Virus record (IMG/VR): IMGVR_UViG_3300044620_000614
Coordinates: 9,553-73,552 of that record
Source of the DNA: a virus
Strand: one strand, 5' to 3'
DNA: 64,000 bases
Position 1 is the first letter of the stretch. Each line of letters starts with the position of its first letter. Of the stretch, positions 16,503-25,927 are shown piece after piece. Under the pieces are notes generated by a model. That model was not told the DNA's origin and did not search any database. It saw only the letters and a program-made list of their open reading frames with translations. The translations under genes were made by a program, and so were the position numbers.

Positions 16503-18806
16503 TCAGGAGAGGTTCTTGGCGATGATGTCCGCGACTCGTCCCATCAGCACACGGCTGGTGCGCTTGGACTTCTCGGTCTTGGCGAAGGTGTTCTTCAGCT
16601 GCGTACCGGTCAGTCCCGTCAGGTCACCCTGCTTCACCGTCTTGGTGGGGACGATGATGAAGTTGGAGTCGAACCCGTCACCCGGCAGGGCGGCGAAGTT
16701 GTTCTCCTTCATTGACTCCTTGGCGATCTCCGCGACCTTGGGATTCGTACCGATCAGCATATGATCGAAGTACCGGGCGCTGCCGATGAGGAAGAACCCG
16801 ACGACATTGGCACCGGTCTTGTGCTTCAGGTACATACGCAGAATGGCCGTGGTGGAGCACTGCATGGACACATTCGTACCCCACCGGGTCTTTTCCTTGC
16901 GAACCGGGATCGTCCAGGTCTTGCTACCGTCGACCAGCACCGGGATGGCGTTGGCGTCACCCTTGGCGTTGTAGATGTCGAACGGGTGCGAGCCAGACTC
17001 ACCATCGGTCAGGAAGCACACATTGACAACCTGCAGGCGATTGTCCCGCTTGAACTTCTCGGTCACGGGAACCATCGCGTACACAGCTTCATCGAGCGGC
17101 GTACCACCGAGGCTGAATCCCGCAGGAGTCTTGGCGGTGTACGCATTCGAGTCCTCCGCGATCCGCAGCATCATACCGGCGGCCACATCGAACTCGGTCT
17201 TGCTCATCCGGCTCGACAGAGTGTTGAGCAGGTGGAAGTGGCTGAAGCGGAGGTAATCACCAGTGGTCTGATACCCGTGCTCGTCCTTCTCATACTCCTT
17301 GCACACGGAGGGACGAGTGAAGGACTTGCTCGGCATCTTGCCGGTGAGGTTCATCTCCGCGTACTCCGGCGAGTACGAATCGGAGAACAGATAGACCTCG
17401 TAGGGGATGTTGACCGACTTGCAGAACATGACGAGGTTCAGCAACTGGTAGATCGTCTCGCGGAGGTTCTGGCTCATCGAACCCGACCAGTCCATGCAGA
17501 AGATCATGCCGTGGTTCTTACCCTTGGCGATCTCCTCGGTGGCGAGGAAGATGTCATCAGCGAACTTGTAATCGTTGATACGATCCATGTCGATGATACC
17601 GCAACGGGCCGAACGCGTACGGCGCGACTCGTCGGCAGCCATCTTCATCTCAAACTGCTTGACGAGCATCTTGATGGCGTCCGCGCTGTTCGTGCGGAAA
17701 TCCTTGAGCAGCTTCTCGTTGTTGAGGCCGTTACGCTGCGCGACAGCGGCGAACTGGGGCACGATGGTCTTGAAGTCAACGAGGATCGAATCCATGTTGA
17801 GCGTCGGCATCTTCCACCGACGAACCTGCGTGGCCGAAGTGTCCACCATGTTCTTGCGGTTACGCTCCTCGGCTTCCGCAGTCACCGAACGAGTCGGCTT
17901 GCCGTTCTGATTACCACCGGTCGACGCGGTGTTGCCGGGCTTGGACTCGGACTTGGACGGCTGCGAGCCGTTACCCTGGTCCTTGTCCTGCTTCTGCTCA
18001 CCCTGGCCCTGACCGTCCTGCGACTGATCGTCGCTCTGGTCACCCGCGCAATCGGCGGGATCGTTACCCTGACCCTGACCAGTCGGCTGGGTGCCGGTGT
18101 TGCCGGAACCCGAGGGCTGACCCTGCGGACCGTTGTTCGGCTTGTTCTGCTGCTGCTTCGCAGCCTTACGCGCACCATCGTACTCGTAGATCTCGGCAGC
18201 GAGAGCGACCACATCGTCCCAGGTCTTCATCGCCTCAAGGCGAGGAAGGAACGCAGCTTCGTCCGCAGTCATCGGCACGGCAGTGACGCCGTAGATGCCA
18301 GACTTGAAGTGGACATTGAGACGGTCGAGCAGCGGGAGATCCTGCATCGCTTCGGTGTTGAGCGACTTGACGCCAAAGAAGTCCTTGTCGAACAGATACT
18401 TGCCCGCTTCGGCGTAGCAACGCTTCAGACCGGGGAAGCGATCCTTCATCTGGCGGTCGATACGAATGTCCTCGCACACATTGAGGTAGTCGTGAATCAC
18501 GCGCACATCGACGCCGGTATCCGCATCGACAGCGGCGTGCGACTGGTCGATGACGGTGAGATCAGCCGGAGTGAAGAGAGCGTGACCGACCTCGTGAGCG
18601 CAGAGCATATCGTACAGGTCACCGCTCATCTCCTGCCAGACGGGGAGAGTGAGAACGCGAGTGCCGGTATCGAACGATGCAGTCTGCGCGGTCGCGTCAT
18701 GCATGACCGTGAGATTCTCGGTAGCCAGCAGACGCGCGAATGCGTCCTTGGCAGCCGTGTTGATGGCGAACGGGTTAGAAACGGTAGTGGTAGGAGTCTG
18801 TCCCAT
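16503..18806 (-). CDS. VWA-domain protein with N-terminal HExxH motif (CobT-like MoxR partner)
   Basis: HEVGHAL, EDIRI, DWSGSM MIDAS, GGTPL, FLTDGE; Q/G-rich linker. Confidence 0.85.
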   Translation of the reverse strand: MGQTPTTTVSNPFAINTAAKDAFARLLATENLTVMHDATAQTASFDTGTRVLTLPVWQEMSGDLYDMLCAHEVGHALFTPADLTVIDQSHAAVDADTGVDVRVIHDYLNVCEDIRIDRQMKDRFPGLKRCYAEAGKYLFDKDFFGVKSLNTEAMQDLPLLDRLNVHFKSGIYGVTAVPMTADEAAFLPRLEAMKTWDDVVALAAEIYEYDGARKAAKQQQNKPNNGPQGQPSGSGNTGTQPTGQGQGNDPADCAGDQSDDQSQDGQGQGEQKQDKDQGNGSQPSKSESKPGNTASTGGNQNGKPTRSVTAEAEERNRKNMVDTSATQVRRWKMPTLNMDSILVDFKTIVPQFAAVAQRNGLNNEKLLKDFRTNSADAIKMLVKQFEMKMAADESRRTRSARCGIIDMDRINDYKFADDIFLATEEIAKGKNHGMIFCMDWSGSMSQNLRETIYQLLNLVMFCKSVNIPYEVYLFSDSYSPEYAEMNLTGKMPSKSFTRPSVCKEYEKDEHGYQTTGDYLRFSHFHLLNTLSSRMSKTEFDVAAGMMLRIAEDSNAYTAKTPAGFSLGGTPLDEAVYAMVPVTEKFKRDNRLQVVNVCFLTDGESGSHPFDIYNAKGDANAIPVLVDGSKTWTIPVRKEKTRWGTNVSMQCSTTAILRMYLKHKTGANVVGFFLIGSARYFDHMLIGTNPKVAEIAKESMKENNFAALPGDGFDSNFIIVPTKTVKQGDLTGLTGTQLKNTFAKTEKSKRTSRVLMGRVADIIAKNLS

Positions 18807-18815
18807 AGTGCGCCC

Positions 18816-18844
18816 ATTGTACCAGGTCCGTCTGGCGCTTGCAA
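18816..18844 (-). promoter_or_regulatory. sigma70 early promoter (near-leaderless)
   Basis: TTGCAA-17 nt-TACAAT, 9 nt before the ATG. Confidence 0.7.
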
Positions 18845-18987
18845 GCCCCTAGAATATAGGGAATAACTGGGGGCGGACGCAGCAGGCCCTGTAAATCTAG
18901 GGGTCCTAGGTCCGATAACGCGCTGTCGATGCAGGGCGCCGCGTAAACCCTTGCTATTACTGGACTTACGATTTCTTGGGCGCCCCC

Positions 18988-19016
18988 TTGCGCCGGACCC
19001 AGGGATCGGGTACAAT
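18988..19016 (+). promoter_or_regulatory. sigma70 early promoter
   Basis: TTGCGC-17 nt-TACAAT. Confidence 0.65.
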
Positions 19017-19095
19017 GGCTGCACACGGCCCGCAGTGGGCCACAGACTTCCGTACCGTCTAGTTTCACTCTTTCCTCTTTCGGAGAATCACTACT

Positions 19096-20484
19096 ATGGC
19101 TAACGCCACCAACAACAAGATCGCTACCTTCGTCAACCTCTGCGTGACCGAGGGATACAAGTCGCCGCTTTCCCGTTCGCAGATCAAGGCGCTGCGCGCG
19201 AAGTACGGTTGCCCGATGCCCGCGTGGCTGATGAAGGACGAGGACCGTCGCGTCGGTCACGGCAAGTACGCTTGCGCGGAGCTCGACGCTGCGTGGTCGA
19301 CTCGCAACGGCGTCGCTGCTGCTGCGTCCGTTCCGGCTCCCGTGTCCGCTCCGGTCGCTGTCGCGGCTCCGGCTGCTCCTGCGATGCAGGCTCGCATCGC
19401 CCGTGCGGAGTCCACGCTTGACGGTAACTTCATCCCGTCGAAGCTGATGACCTATGTGCCGTACGGCAACTACAAGGACATCGAAGCCATCGTGAAGTCC
19501 AAGCGTTGGTATCCGACGATGGTGACCGGTCTGTCGGGTAACGGCAAGACGACCATGATTGAGCAGGTGTGCGCGAAGCTCGGTCGTGAATGCATCCGCG
19601 TCAACCTCACCAGCCAGACCGATGCGGACGACCTGCTCGGTGGGTTCCGCCTCGTCAACGGTGACACCGTGTGGCAGGACGGTCCGGTCGTGACCGCGAT
19701 GAAGCGCGGTGCGATCCTCCTGCTCGACGAGATGGATACCGCGTCGCACAAGATCATGTGCCTCATGCGTGTCCTCGAAGGTAAGGGTGCGTTCCTGCCG
19801 AAGATCAACACCCAGGTCGAGCCTGCTACCGGGTTCAATGTGTTCGCTACGATGAACACCAAGGGCCAGGGTGGCGAGGGTTCCGAGCAGTTCTCCTCGC
19901 GTAGCATTCTCGATGAGGCGCTGCTTGAGCGTTTCAGCGGCACCTACGAGCAGGACTACCCCACCAAGGCGGTGGAGAAGAAGATCGTCCTCGGCAACAT
20001 GGAGGCGCTGTCGTGCGTGGACGAGCCGTTCGCTGACTGCCTGGTGAAGTGGGCCGAGATGATCCGCAAGACCTACATGGAAGGTGGTGCGGACGCGATC
20101 ATCACGACCCGTCGTCTGTGCATGATCGTGGACAACTTCAGCATCTTTGCTGACCGCACCAAGGCTGTGACCGCTGCGTGTGCGCGCTTCAGCAACTCGA
20201 CCAAGGAGGCGTTCGTGAACCTCTACACCAAGGTCGACGCGGAAGTGTCCACGACCGCTGATCCGGCTCGCGCTGCTGCGATGGAGGCGGAAGCCGCTGC
20301 CGCCGCTGTCGCCAAGGCTACGCGGTTCGACCTCAAGGGTGCTGCGTTTCAGGATCGCGCCACGGTGAAGAACCTCGGTGCGGCGTGGGACGCGACTGCC
20401 AAGGTTTGGTATGTCACGGGTGACCAGTACCGCGCGAACCCGAGCGCGTTCGACCCCTTCAAGCCGACTCCGGTGTCGGCCTAA
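19096..20484 (+). CDS. MoxR/CobS-like AAA+ ATPase with C-terminal DUF5710-like domain
   Basis: GLSGNGKT Walker A, LLLDE Walker B, ATMNTKG, EALLERF; C-terminal KNLGAAWDATAKVWYV. Confidence 0.9.
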   Translation: MANATNNKIATFVNLCVTEGYKSPLSRSQIKALRAKYGCPMPAWLMKDEDRRVGHGKYACAELDAAWSTRNGVAAAASVPAPVSAPVAVAAPAAPAMQARIARAESTLDGNFIPSKLMTYVPYGNYKDIEAIVKSKRWYPTMVTGLSGNGKTTMIEQVCAKLGRECIRVNLTSQTDADDLLGGFRLVNGDTVWQDGPVVTAMKRGAILLLDEMDTASHKIMCLMRVLEGKGAFLPKINTQVEPATGFNVFATMNTKGQGGEGSEQFSSRSILDEALLERFSGTYEQDYPTKAVEKKIVLGNMEALSCVDEPFADCLVKWAEMIRKTYMEGGADAIITTRRLCMIVDNFSIFADRTKAVTAACARFSNSTKEAFVNLYTKVDAEVSTTADPARAAAMEAEAAAAAVAKATRFDLKGAAFQDRATVKNLGAAWDATAKVWYVTGDQYRANPSAFDPFKPTPVSA

Positions 20485-20502
20485 TCCAACGAAAGGAACC
20501 AC

Positions 20503-20784
20503 ATGAAGAATCCTTCTTCCAACAGCACGACCAACACTAGTGACCAACTCGCACTTATCGACTGGACATACGATGCCTGGCTGAAGTGCGAAGATGGGAG
20601 CGACAAGGAGGAGCAGTTGCACACCTACCTTGGCGAACTCCTGCTGACGTTTGCCCGTTGCAATCCGCCAGAGCGCCTGCTCCCGCAGGAGTACACCCAC
20701 TTCATGAACATCTCCCGCGAGTTGTGTCTCTCGGGTGGCATGAGTGAGGACGAGTTTGATTCCAACGACATCGAGAACGCCTAA
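20503..20784 (+). CDS. hypothetical early protein
   Basis: GAAAGGA RBS. Confidence 0.6.
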   Translation: MKNPSSNSTTNTSDQLALIDWTYDAWLKCEDGSDKEEQLHTYLGELLLTFARCNPPERLLPQEYTHFMNISRELCLSGGMSEDEFDSNDIENA

Positions 20785-20801
20785 CAGAAAGACCGCACAG
20801 T

Positions 20802-20978
20802 ATGAAGCTCACCAAGAAGAAGCCCGTTCGCAAGACCCCCGTCCGCACTCGCATCGACGCGCTGATCGAAGATATCCAAGTCTTTGTAGCCGAATACGAG
20901 AACAACTCCACAAACGACTATCATAACGAGATCCTGCGCGTCCGTGATGAACTCCGTAAGATCAAGCGCATCGCCTAA
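20802..20978 (+). CDS. 58-aa hypothetical protein
   Basis: MKLTKKKPVRK...; fills the gap in the operon. Confidence 0.55.
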   Translation: MKLTKKKPVRKTPVRTRIDALIEDIQVFVAEYENNSTNDYHNEILRVRDELRKIKRIA

Positions 20979-20998
20979 CAACAGAAAGAGAACCAACA

Positions 20999-21343
20999 AT
21001 GAACACTCTCAACGCAACCATTCCCGCCGCATACCTCAAGTGGGTTGATGCAGCAATCGCATCTGGCCTCTCTACCGACCTCATCAGTCGTAAGCAGGCT
21101 CTGAAGGTGAAGCAAGCGACTGGCGCCCGTCTTCCGCGATGGCTGATGAAGGACCCGAGTCGTCGTCGTGGTCGTGGCAACTATTCGTGTCCCGAGATCC
21201 CCGAGCGGATCAAGGAACTCGAAGCTGCGCGTAACGCCAAGCCCGCCAACATGGCGTTCCGTGGTAAGGGTATCCCGCAGATCGCCCGTATGGCGCTGCG
21301 CGGTAAGGTTTCGATTCGCACCAAGATCAAGCGGAGGAAGTGA
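20999..21343 (+). CDS. paralog of the AAA N-terminal domain
   Basis: SRKQ...PRWLMKDPSRRRGRGNYSC. Confidence 0.7.
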   Translation: MNTLNATIPAAYLKWVDAAIASGLSTDLISRKQALKVKQATGARLPRWLMKDPSRRRGRGNYSCPEIPERIKELEAARNAKPANMAFRGKGIPQIARMALRGKVSIRTKIKRRK

Positions 21344-21344
21344 T

Positions 21345-21566
21345 ATGTGTAACTGCACCGAGACTCACGAATGCGATGACTGCGCCGATGAGCGCGCTGT
21401 CGCCGCCGAAGAGATGGCTGATATCGAACGCGAGATCAACATCTTCCAAGAGTTCTACGCCGTCCACAACCTGAAGCCGGTTGTGCGTAAGCCTGTCAAC
21501 GAACCCATCACCAACGAGGAGTACGATCTCCTCGCTTCCATCGACTCCAACGGAGGTTTCTGCTAA
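21345..21566 (+). CDS. hypothetical protein
   Basis: GGAGG RBS before MCNCTETHEC. Confidence 0.55.
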   Translation: MCNCTETHECDDCADERAVAAEEMADIEREINIFQEFYAVHNLKPVVRKPVNEPITNEEYDLLASIDSNGGFC

Positions 21567-22063
21567 TGTCCGACACCATTCTTCGCCGTGCCCACATGTC
21601 CGCCATTCAGGAGGTTTCGTCCCTCAATCAGCGCATCAAGCGGCTCGAAGCCGGTCTTGTGGTCGCCGAGTGCATGAACCAGTACCTCGCCGCTCGACTC
21701 CAGCTGCACGGTAAGCCGTACAAGATGGATACGGCAGTCCTCACGCTCGGCCAGGCAGCCATTGATGTTGAGGACAATGCTGCCGCACAGAAGTGCATCG
21801 ACGCTCTGCGTGAACTGATGGGACTGGCTCGGAAGTTCACCGACGAAGCCATCAAGGAACACAAGAACAATGTCGATCTCTACACCGACGACCAGATGAC
21901 CGCAGATGGGATCATCCGCTCGGTGTTGCAGAGCGTGGACAAGAAGCTTTTGGCTCACCGTGACGCCGAGTTCAAGAAGCATGGCTTCACCGAGGAGGAT
22001 CTCAAGGATCTGATCGCCGAACTGGAGCGCGACCTTGGCCTTGGCGGGAAGGATTCCGAGTAA
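21566..22063 (+). CDS. hypothetical protein
   Basis: translationally coupled ORF with GC3-rich codons. Confidence 0.65.
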   Translation: MSDTILRRAHMSAIQEVSSLNQRIKRLEAGLVVAECMNQYLAARLQLHGKPYKMDTAVLTLGQAAIDVEDNAAAQKCIDALRELMGLARKFTDEAIKEHKNNVDLYTDDQMTADGIIRSVLQSVDKKLLAHRDAEFKKHGFTEEDLKDLIAELERDLGLGGKDSE

Positions 22064-22143
22064 TCCTACTTGACTTTGTATGAAACCCTTATATAATATG
22101 TTCATACATCCGTGTGGATGAACAATACGAATAAGGAGTCATC

Positions 22144-22452
22144 ATGCAAATCAAGTCAGACTACACGAAGAACCAAGTAGAGTTCTTCAACAAGGCGAAG
22201 GAAATGTTCCCGAACCAGGCGTCGTTCTCCCGCAAGCAACTTCTCGCAGTCAAGGATAGCCTTGGCTACAGCGTCATTCCCGTGTGGATCACTGGCGACC
22301 CGGCGCGAAAGGTGAATCGAGGTATGTACAGTCTCCCCGAGTGTACGACCGACCTCACCTCGCTGCCAGTGACCAACGATACTCGTGGTGCGCCACGGAA
22401 GAGCCAGTCAGCGCCGGCCCTCACGACGGCTGACAACAGCGCACAGTCCTGA
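22144..22452 (+). CDS. second paralog of the AAA N-terminal domain
   Basis: SRKQ...PVWITGDPARKVNRGMYSL; promoter TTGACT-16 nt-TATAAT at 22070-22097. Confidence 0.7.
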   Translation: MQIKSDYTKNQVEFFNKAKEMFPNQASFSRKQLLAVKDSLGYSVIPVWITGDPARKVNRGMYSLPECTTDLTSLPVTNDTRGAPRKSQSAPALTTADNSAQS

Positions 22453-22511
22453 TAGCAGGACACTTGGGAAATGGCGGGGAAACCCGCCATCCTCCTTTTC
22501 TTATGAGAGCA

Positions 22512-22793
22512 ATGAAAGAACCACAGGCAGAAACCCAGACGCACACCTTTGTCAACCCCAAAACGATCATGCGTCGTTGTTGGTGGACTGGCAAGACCTC
22601 CATCATCACGGTGGAGGAAGATGGATACATGGAGTGGCTGGCTTCCGGCAATATGAAGCCGTTGGAGGTCTGCCTTCCCATGCTAACCCGCGAGGAGCGG
22701 GAGCTGCTCATCTCTGGCTTGTCTGAAGCCGGATACGAAGCCGTTGTGGGCCACGGTTTCGATGAGGATGAGCAGGACGAATCAGGTGATTGA
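22512..22793 (+). CDS. hypothetical protein
   Basis: P.LTREERELLISG motif. Confidence 0.6.
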   Translation: MKEPQAETQTHTFVNPKTIMRRCWWTGKTSIITVEEDGYMEWLASGNMKPLEVCLPMLTREERELLISGLSEAGYEAVVGHGFDEDEQDESGD

Positions 22794-22833
22794 GCCTTGA
22801 CATTCAGACTGGCCCGATTACAATAGAGGACAT

Positions 22834-23001
22834 ATGAGCGACAGAGATCGAAACTGGCGTAGAGAACGAGAAGCGCAGCACCGCAAGAGGAAAGAGAAGC
22901 AGTCGCCCCGCGTTTCCCATCGTCCGAGACAGGACGATGACCACGACCGTCGATGGGATCGTTTCGACCTCCCCCATGAGGATCACGACCTAGACGACTG
23001 A
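22834..23001 (+). CDS. 55-aa Arg/Asp-rich protein
   Basis: TTGACA-16 nt-TACAAT (22797-22824), 9 nt before the ATG. Confidence 0.55.
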   Translation: MSDRDRNWRREREAQHRKRKEKQSPRVSHRPRQDDDHDRRWDRFDLPHEDHDLDD

Positions 23002-23101
23002 TCGTGAAGGGGGCTGGCTTCGGCCAGCCCCATCTAACCGACGAAGCAAGTCTACCGCTTCTGTGAGAGTAGACAACACCAACCCGTTTGAGGATTTCAG
23101 T

Positions 23102-23335
23102 ATGAAGAATCGCAACAACAACATCATCGACCGCACCATCAACATCTTCCGCGACTATATGCGTGAGCAGGCTGCCATGCTCGACTCTCGTTCGTTCGAG
23201 AACGCTCGGCAGTGCCGCATCGTCGCCCGTGAGGGTGGGTTCCTTGCGAAGTTTGATCGCGCTGTCGCCGCGGACAAGTCGCTTCGCGTGTTCACGGACA
23301 ACGACTACAAGTACGGTCGTGCCGTCAGCGCCTAA
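23102..23335 (+). CDS. hypothetical protein
   Basis: GAGGA RBS; followed by a terminator. Confidence 0.6.
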   Translation: MKNRNNNIIDRTINIFRDYMREQAAMLDSRSFENARQCRIVAREGGFLAKFDRAVAADKSLRVFTDNDYKYGRAVSA

Positions 23336-23372
23336 TGCGTAACGACAACTGAATACAAAGCCCCTCGGGGTT

Positions 23373-23396
23373 GAGCCACCTTCGGGTGGCTCTTTT
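23373..23396 (+). terminator. intrinsic terminator
   Basis: GAGCCACC-TTCG-GGTGGCTC-TTTT. Confidence 0.85.
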
Positions 23397-23421
23397 CATT
23401 GGGCCACCTAGAAAGCCCCCC

Positions 23422-23450
23422 TTGACACGGCCCCCAAGATCGGGTATACT
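23422..23450 (+). promoter_or_regulatory. sigma70 early promoter
   Basis: TTGACA-17 nt-TATACT; shares GATCGGGTAYAMTGGC with the 18988 promoter. Confidence 0.8.
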
Positions 23451-23479
23451 GGCCCCATCTAACGAATAGGACTAATCAC

Positions 23480-24070
23480 ATGAAGATCGCTTTCAACCCT
23501 CGTTTCGTCCCCTCTCGCACTTTCATGCACGACATCGTTGGTCGTGTGGACGAGTACCGCTTCACTCGCAAGGAGTGGGCGCGCCTGCGTGGTTCGTCTG
23601 CTCATGGCGTGCAGTCGTTCTTCATCCCCAACAACGCCAAGCCGCATCAGCGGAATCACTACGCCCTCAAGGTGTACGACACGCTGGTCGAAGCGTTCGC
23701 CGCGTGGCAGCGTCAGGGAATCGCCGCGCGTAAGCACCTCGCCCCGCCTGTTCGTCGCATCTGCAAGTTCGTCATTGACGGACTGGAGCCGCGTTGGGGA
23801 TACCAGTCCTGCGTGGCTAGCCATATCAACCGCGTGGGTGGTTGGGATGACTGGGGGTGGGGGCCCTCCGTGACGCTAGAGCGCGATCTCCTGCGGCTGG
23901 ATATCTCGGGTACGGTCAACGACGACCAGCGGTATGTTGGTATCCGCCGCGCCAAGCGTCTCGGCAAGCGTACTCGCATCCGTGGTGATCTCCACGGTGG
24001 TAATGTCGGATTCTTCAAGCACCGGCTCGTCTGCATCGACTTCGGCACGGAGTCGATTGATTTCCGCTAA
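23480..24070 (+). CDS. protein kinase-like (PKL fold) enzyme
   Basis: YALKVY, GDLHGGNVG catalytic loop, CIDFG. Confidence 0.75.
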   Translation: MKIAFNPRFVPSRTFMHDIVGRVDEYRFTRKEWARLRGSSAHGVQSFFIPNNAKPHQRNHYALKVYDTLVEAFAAWQRQGIAARKHLAPPVRRICKFVIDGLEPRWGYQSCVASHINRVGGWDDWGWGPSVTLERDLLRLDISGTVNDDQRYVGIRRAKRLGKRTRIRGDLHGGNVGFFKHRLVCIDFGTESIDFR

Positions 24071-24085
24071 TCAGAGGACACACAC

Positions 24086-24703
24086 ATGGGATACTGCTTT
24101 GACATCACAGACTCTAGTTTCCACATCGAGGAACGACACTACCCCGACATGATGGATCACCTCATCCAGTTCCACAATCGGCTGATCGCGCAGAAGGTGG
24201 AAGTCAAGTGGGTGGATCTGCCGGCGGCGCTGTCGCTGCTCGAAGCCGGTGATCTGATTGGATTCTTCGCTGCGTGGAACTACGAGGTCAAGATCGACAT
24301 CACGACCGGCGATATCGTGGATATCACCACGATGGCAGAGAAGATCGCCGACGAGGAGAAGCTGTGGGAACAGATTGCGCCTTGGGTGGTGGATTGCTCA
24401 TACATCCAATGCCACGGAGAAGACGGAGCGTATTGGCGTTGGGTGTGGCGTGAAGGTGCCTACTACTATGTGGAGGCAACCCTGCGCTTCGATGACCCCA
24501 TCGACTGTGGCTACCGCATCGTCAATGCCAACATGATGGACGACGAACTCCGCGTCGCTCGCAAGGCTGTTGGGTACGACGAAGATCAGGTGCCGCTGAA
24601 GCCAGATCCGGTGACCACGCTCAACGAGATCATCAACAGCATCCACCAACCGATTGACACGCAGTACGCTCTGAACGCACTCCGAACGAAGGGAACGACA
24701 TGA
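24086..24703 (+). CDS. conserved phage hypothetical protein
   Basis: IAPWV...GEDGAYWRW. Confidence 0.65.
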   Translation: MGYCFDITDSSFHIEERHYPDMMDHLIQFHNRLIAQKVEVKWVDLPAALSLLEAGDLIGFFAAWNYEVKIDITTGDIVDITTMAEKIADEEKLWEQIAPWVVDCSYIQCHGEDGAYWRWVWREGAYYYVEATLRFDDPIDCGYRIVNANMMDDELRVARKAVGYDEDQVPLKPDPVTTLNEIINSIHQPIDTQYALNALRTKGTT

Positions 24704-25116
24704 CGCCACTAGTGACCGGAACAAAATCTGCAATGCACGCCGACATCATCACCGACATGGAGTATTTGGCTGCCGAGATGGTGGCAGGTAAGATTTCAAT
24801 CCTGCGCGGAACTCACATCGAGGTGCAACTGACCAATCTGCTTCTCAAGGCAGCCAGAACGGTTCGAGATCAGCAGTATCAGATCATCGAGCTTGAGGAA
24901 GCCAATACGGCACTCGCCCGCACCGCGGTCCCCGATACGGTCGAGGGAATAAGCGATCACTACCAGCAGCTGATCGTGGAGAACGAGAAACTGAAGAAGC
25001 GTAATGCCAACCAAGCGGCATTGATCGACGCCATCAATCAGGGACGAGCAAAGAAAGTCGCCGGTGGTGGTTGGACACACGACAACATCCCACACACAGA
25101 GGTAACCAGCCCATGA
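24700..25116 (+). CDS. coiled-coil hypothetical protein
   Basis: ATGA overlap with the upstream gene. Confidence 0.6.
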   Translation: MTPLVTGTKSAMHADIITDMEYLAAEMVAGKISILRGTHIEVQLTNLLLKAARTVRDQQYQIIELEEANTALARTAVPDTVEGISDHYQQLIVENEKLKKRNANQAALIDAINQGRAKKVAGGGWTHDNIPHTEVTSP

Positions 25117-25517
25117 GCAAGCCACAGCCAGACATCTTTCAACCCATCACCGAAGCCACCGCGCTTGAGCATGAACTCTCCATCATGCTCAACGCCAAAC
25201 AGGTTGTCGATCACTTCATGCCAGTCCCCGGCTCCTACCCACCAGGCCCTCAAGTGGCCAAAGCCGTCCGCGTCATTCAGGCGCTGATGATCTTGGTACA
25301 CGCCCAGCAGAAGGTCGTCATCGAAGCAGAGAATGCCCTTCAGCCCACTCTAGACCAACTGGGTGATACCAAGATGGCTCTCAAGGAAGCCGAACAGCGT
25401 GTCGTTGCTGTAGAGAAGATGAGGGATGACGCCGAACAACTCTACAACGATCTGCTCGTACAGATGGCCAATTTGGAGCAGGGTATTCACGACGAGTACA
25501 ACTCCCTACAGAGCTAA
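25113..25517 (+). CDS. coiled-coil hypothetical protein
   Basis: ATGA overlap; MSKPQPD start. Confidence 0.6.
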   Translation: MSKPQPDIFQPITEATALEHELSIMLNAKQVVDHFMPVPGSYPPGPQVAKAVRVIQALMILVHAQQKVVIEAENALQPTLDQLGDTKMALKEAEQRVVAVEKMRDDAEQLYNDLLVQMANLEQGIHDEYNSLQS

Positions 25518-25927
25518 CCAAGGTCTTCATGTGATTGCCCCCGGCATACCGTAACTGGATGTCGGGGGTTTTGCATTTGGTCCTGCCAAACGGCGACAGC
25601 GCCGGCGCCAGAGTCTACAGCACCCTTTGGCGGAATAAAAATGATCGTCGAATAAAAATATATTCGGTTTAATTAGTTCTGGCGCTCAAAAACCCCTAGA
25701 TTTACAGGGGCCACAAGGCAAAGTTTCCCAGGTTTTGGATTTAATACTTCTGGCGAGCACGAGAAGACGCCCGCCAAATGGAAGTTTTACGACCCGGGCT
25801 GTCAAAACTGCCGTTCGATTGGAAGTTTAGCCATTTGGCGCACGCATTGGCTCCAGAACCAGCTCGAGCAGGTGGAGCCAAAACAATTATAACTTGATAC
25901 TCGGGGTGGCTCCTATATACTAGGAAC

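Noticed and set aside
16761-18866. 701-aa + strand ORF
   Set aside because: Antisense shadow of the GC3-rich VWA gene; no motifs or RBS.
16503-20484. cobS/cobT as cobalamin-synthesis auxiliary genes supporting nrdJ
   Set aside because: No cobN or other cob genes in the window; the sequences fit a generic phage MoxR/VWA pair.
18775-20700. 641-aa - strand ORF
   Set aside because: Antisense shadow of the AAA ATPase gene; it runs through the promoter region.
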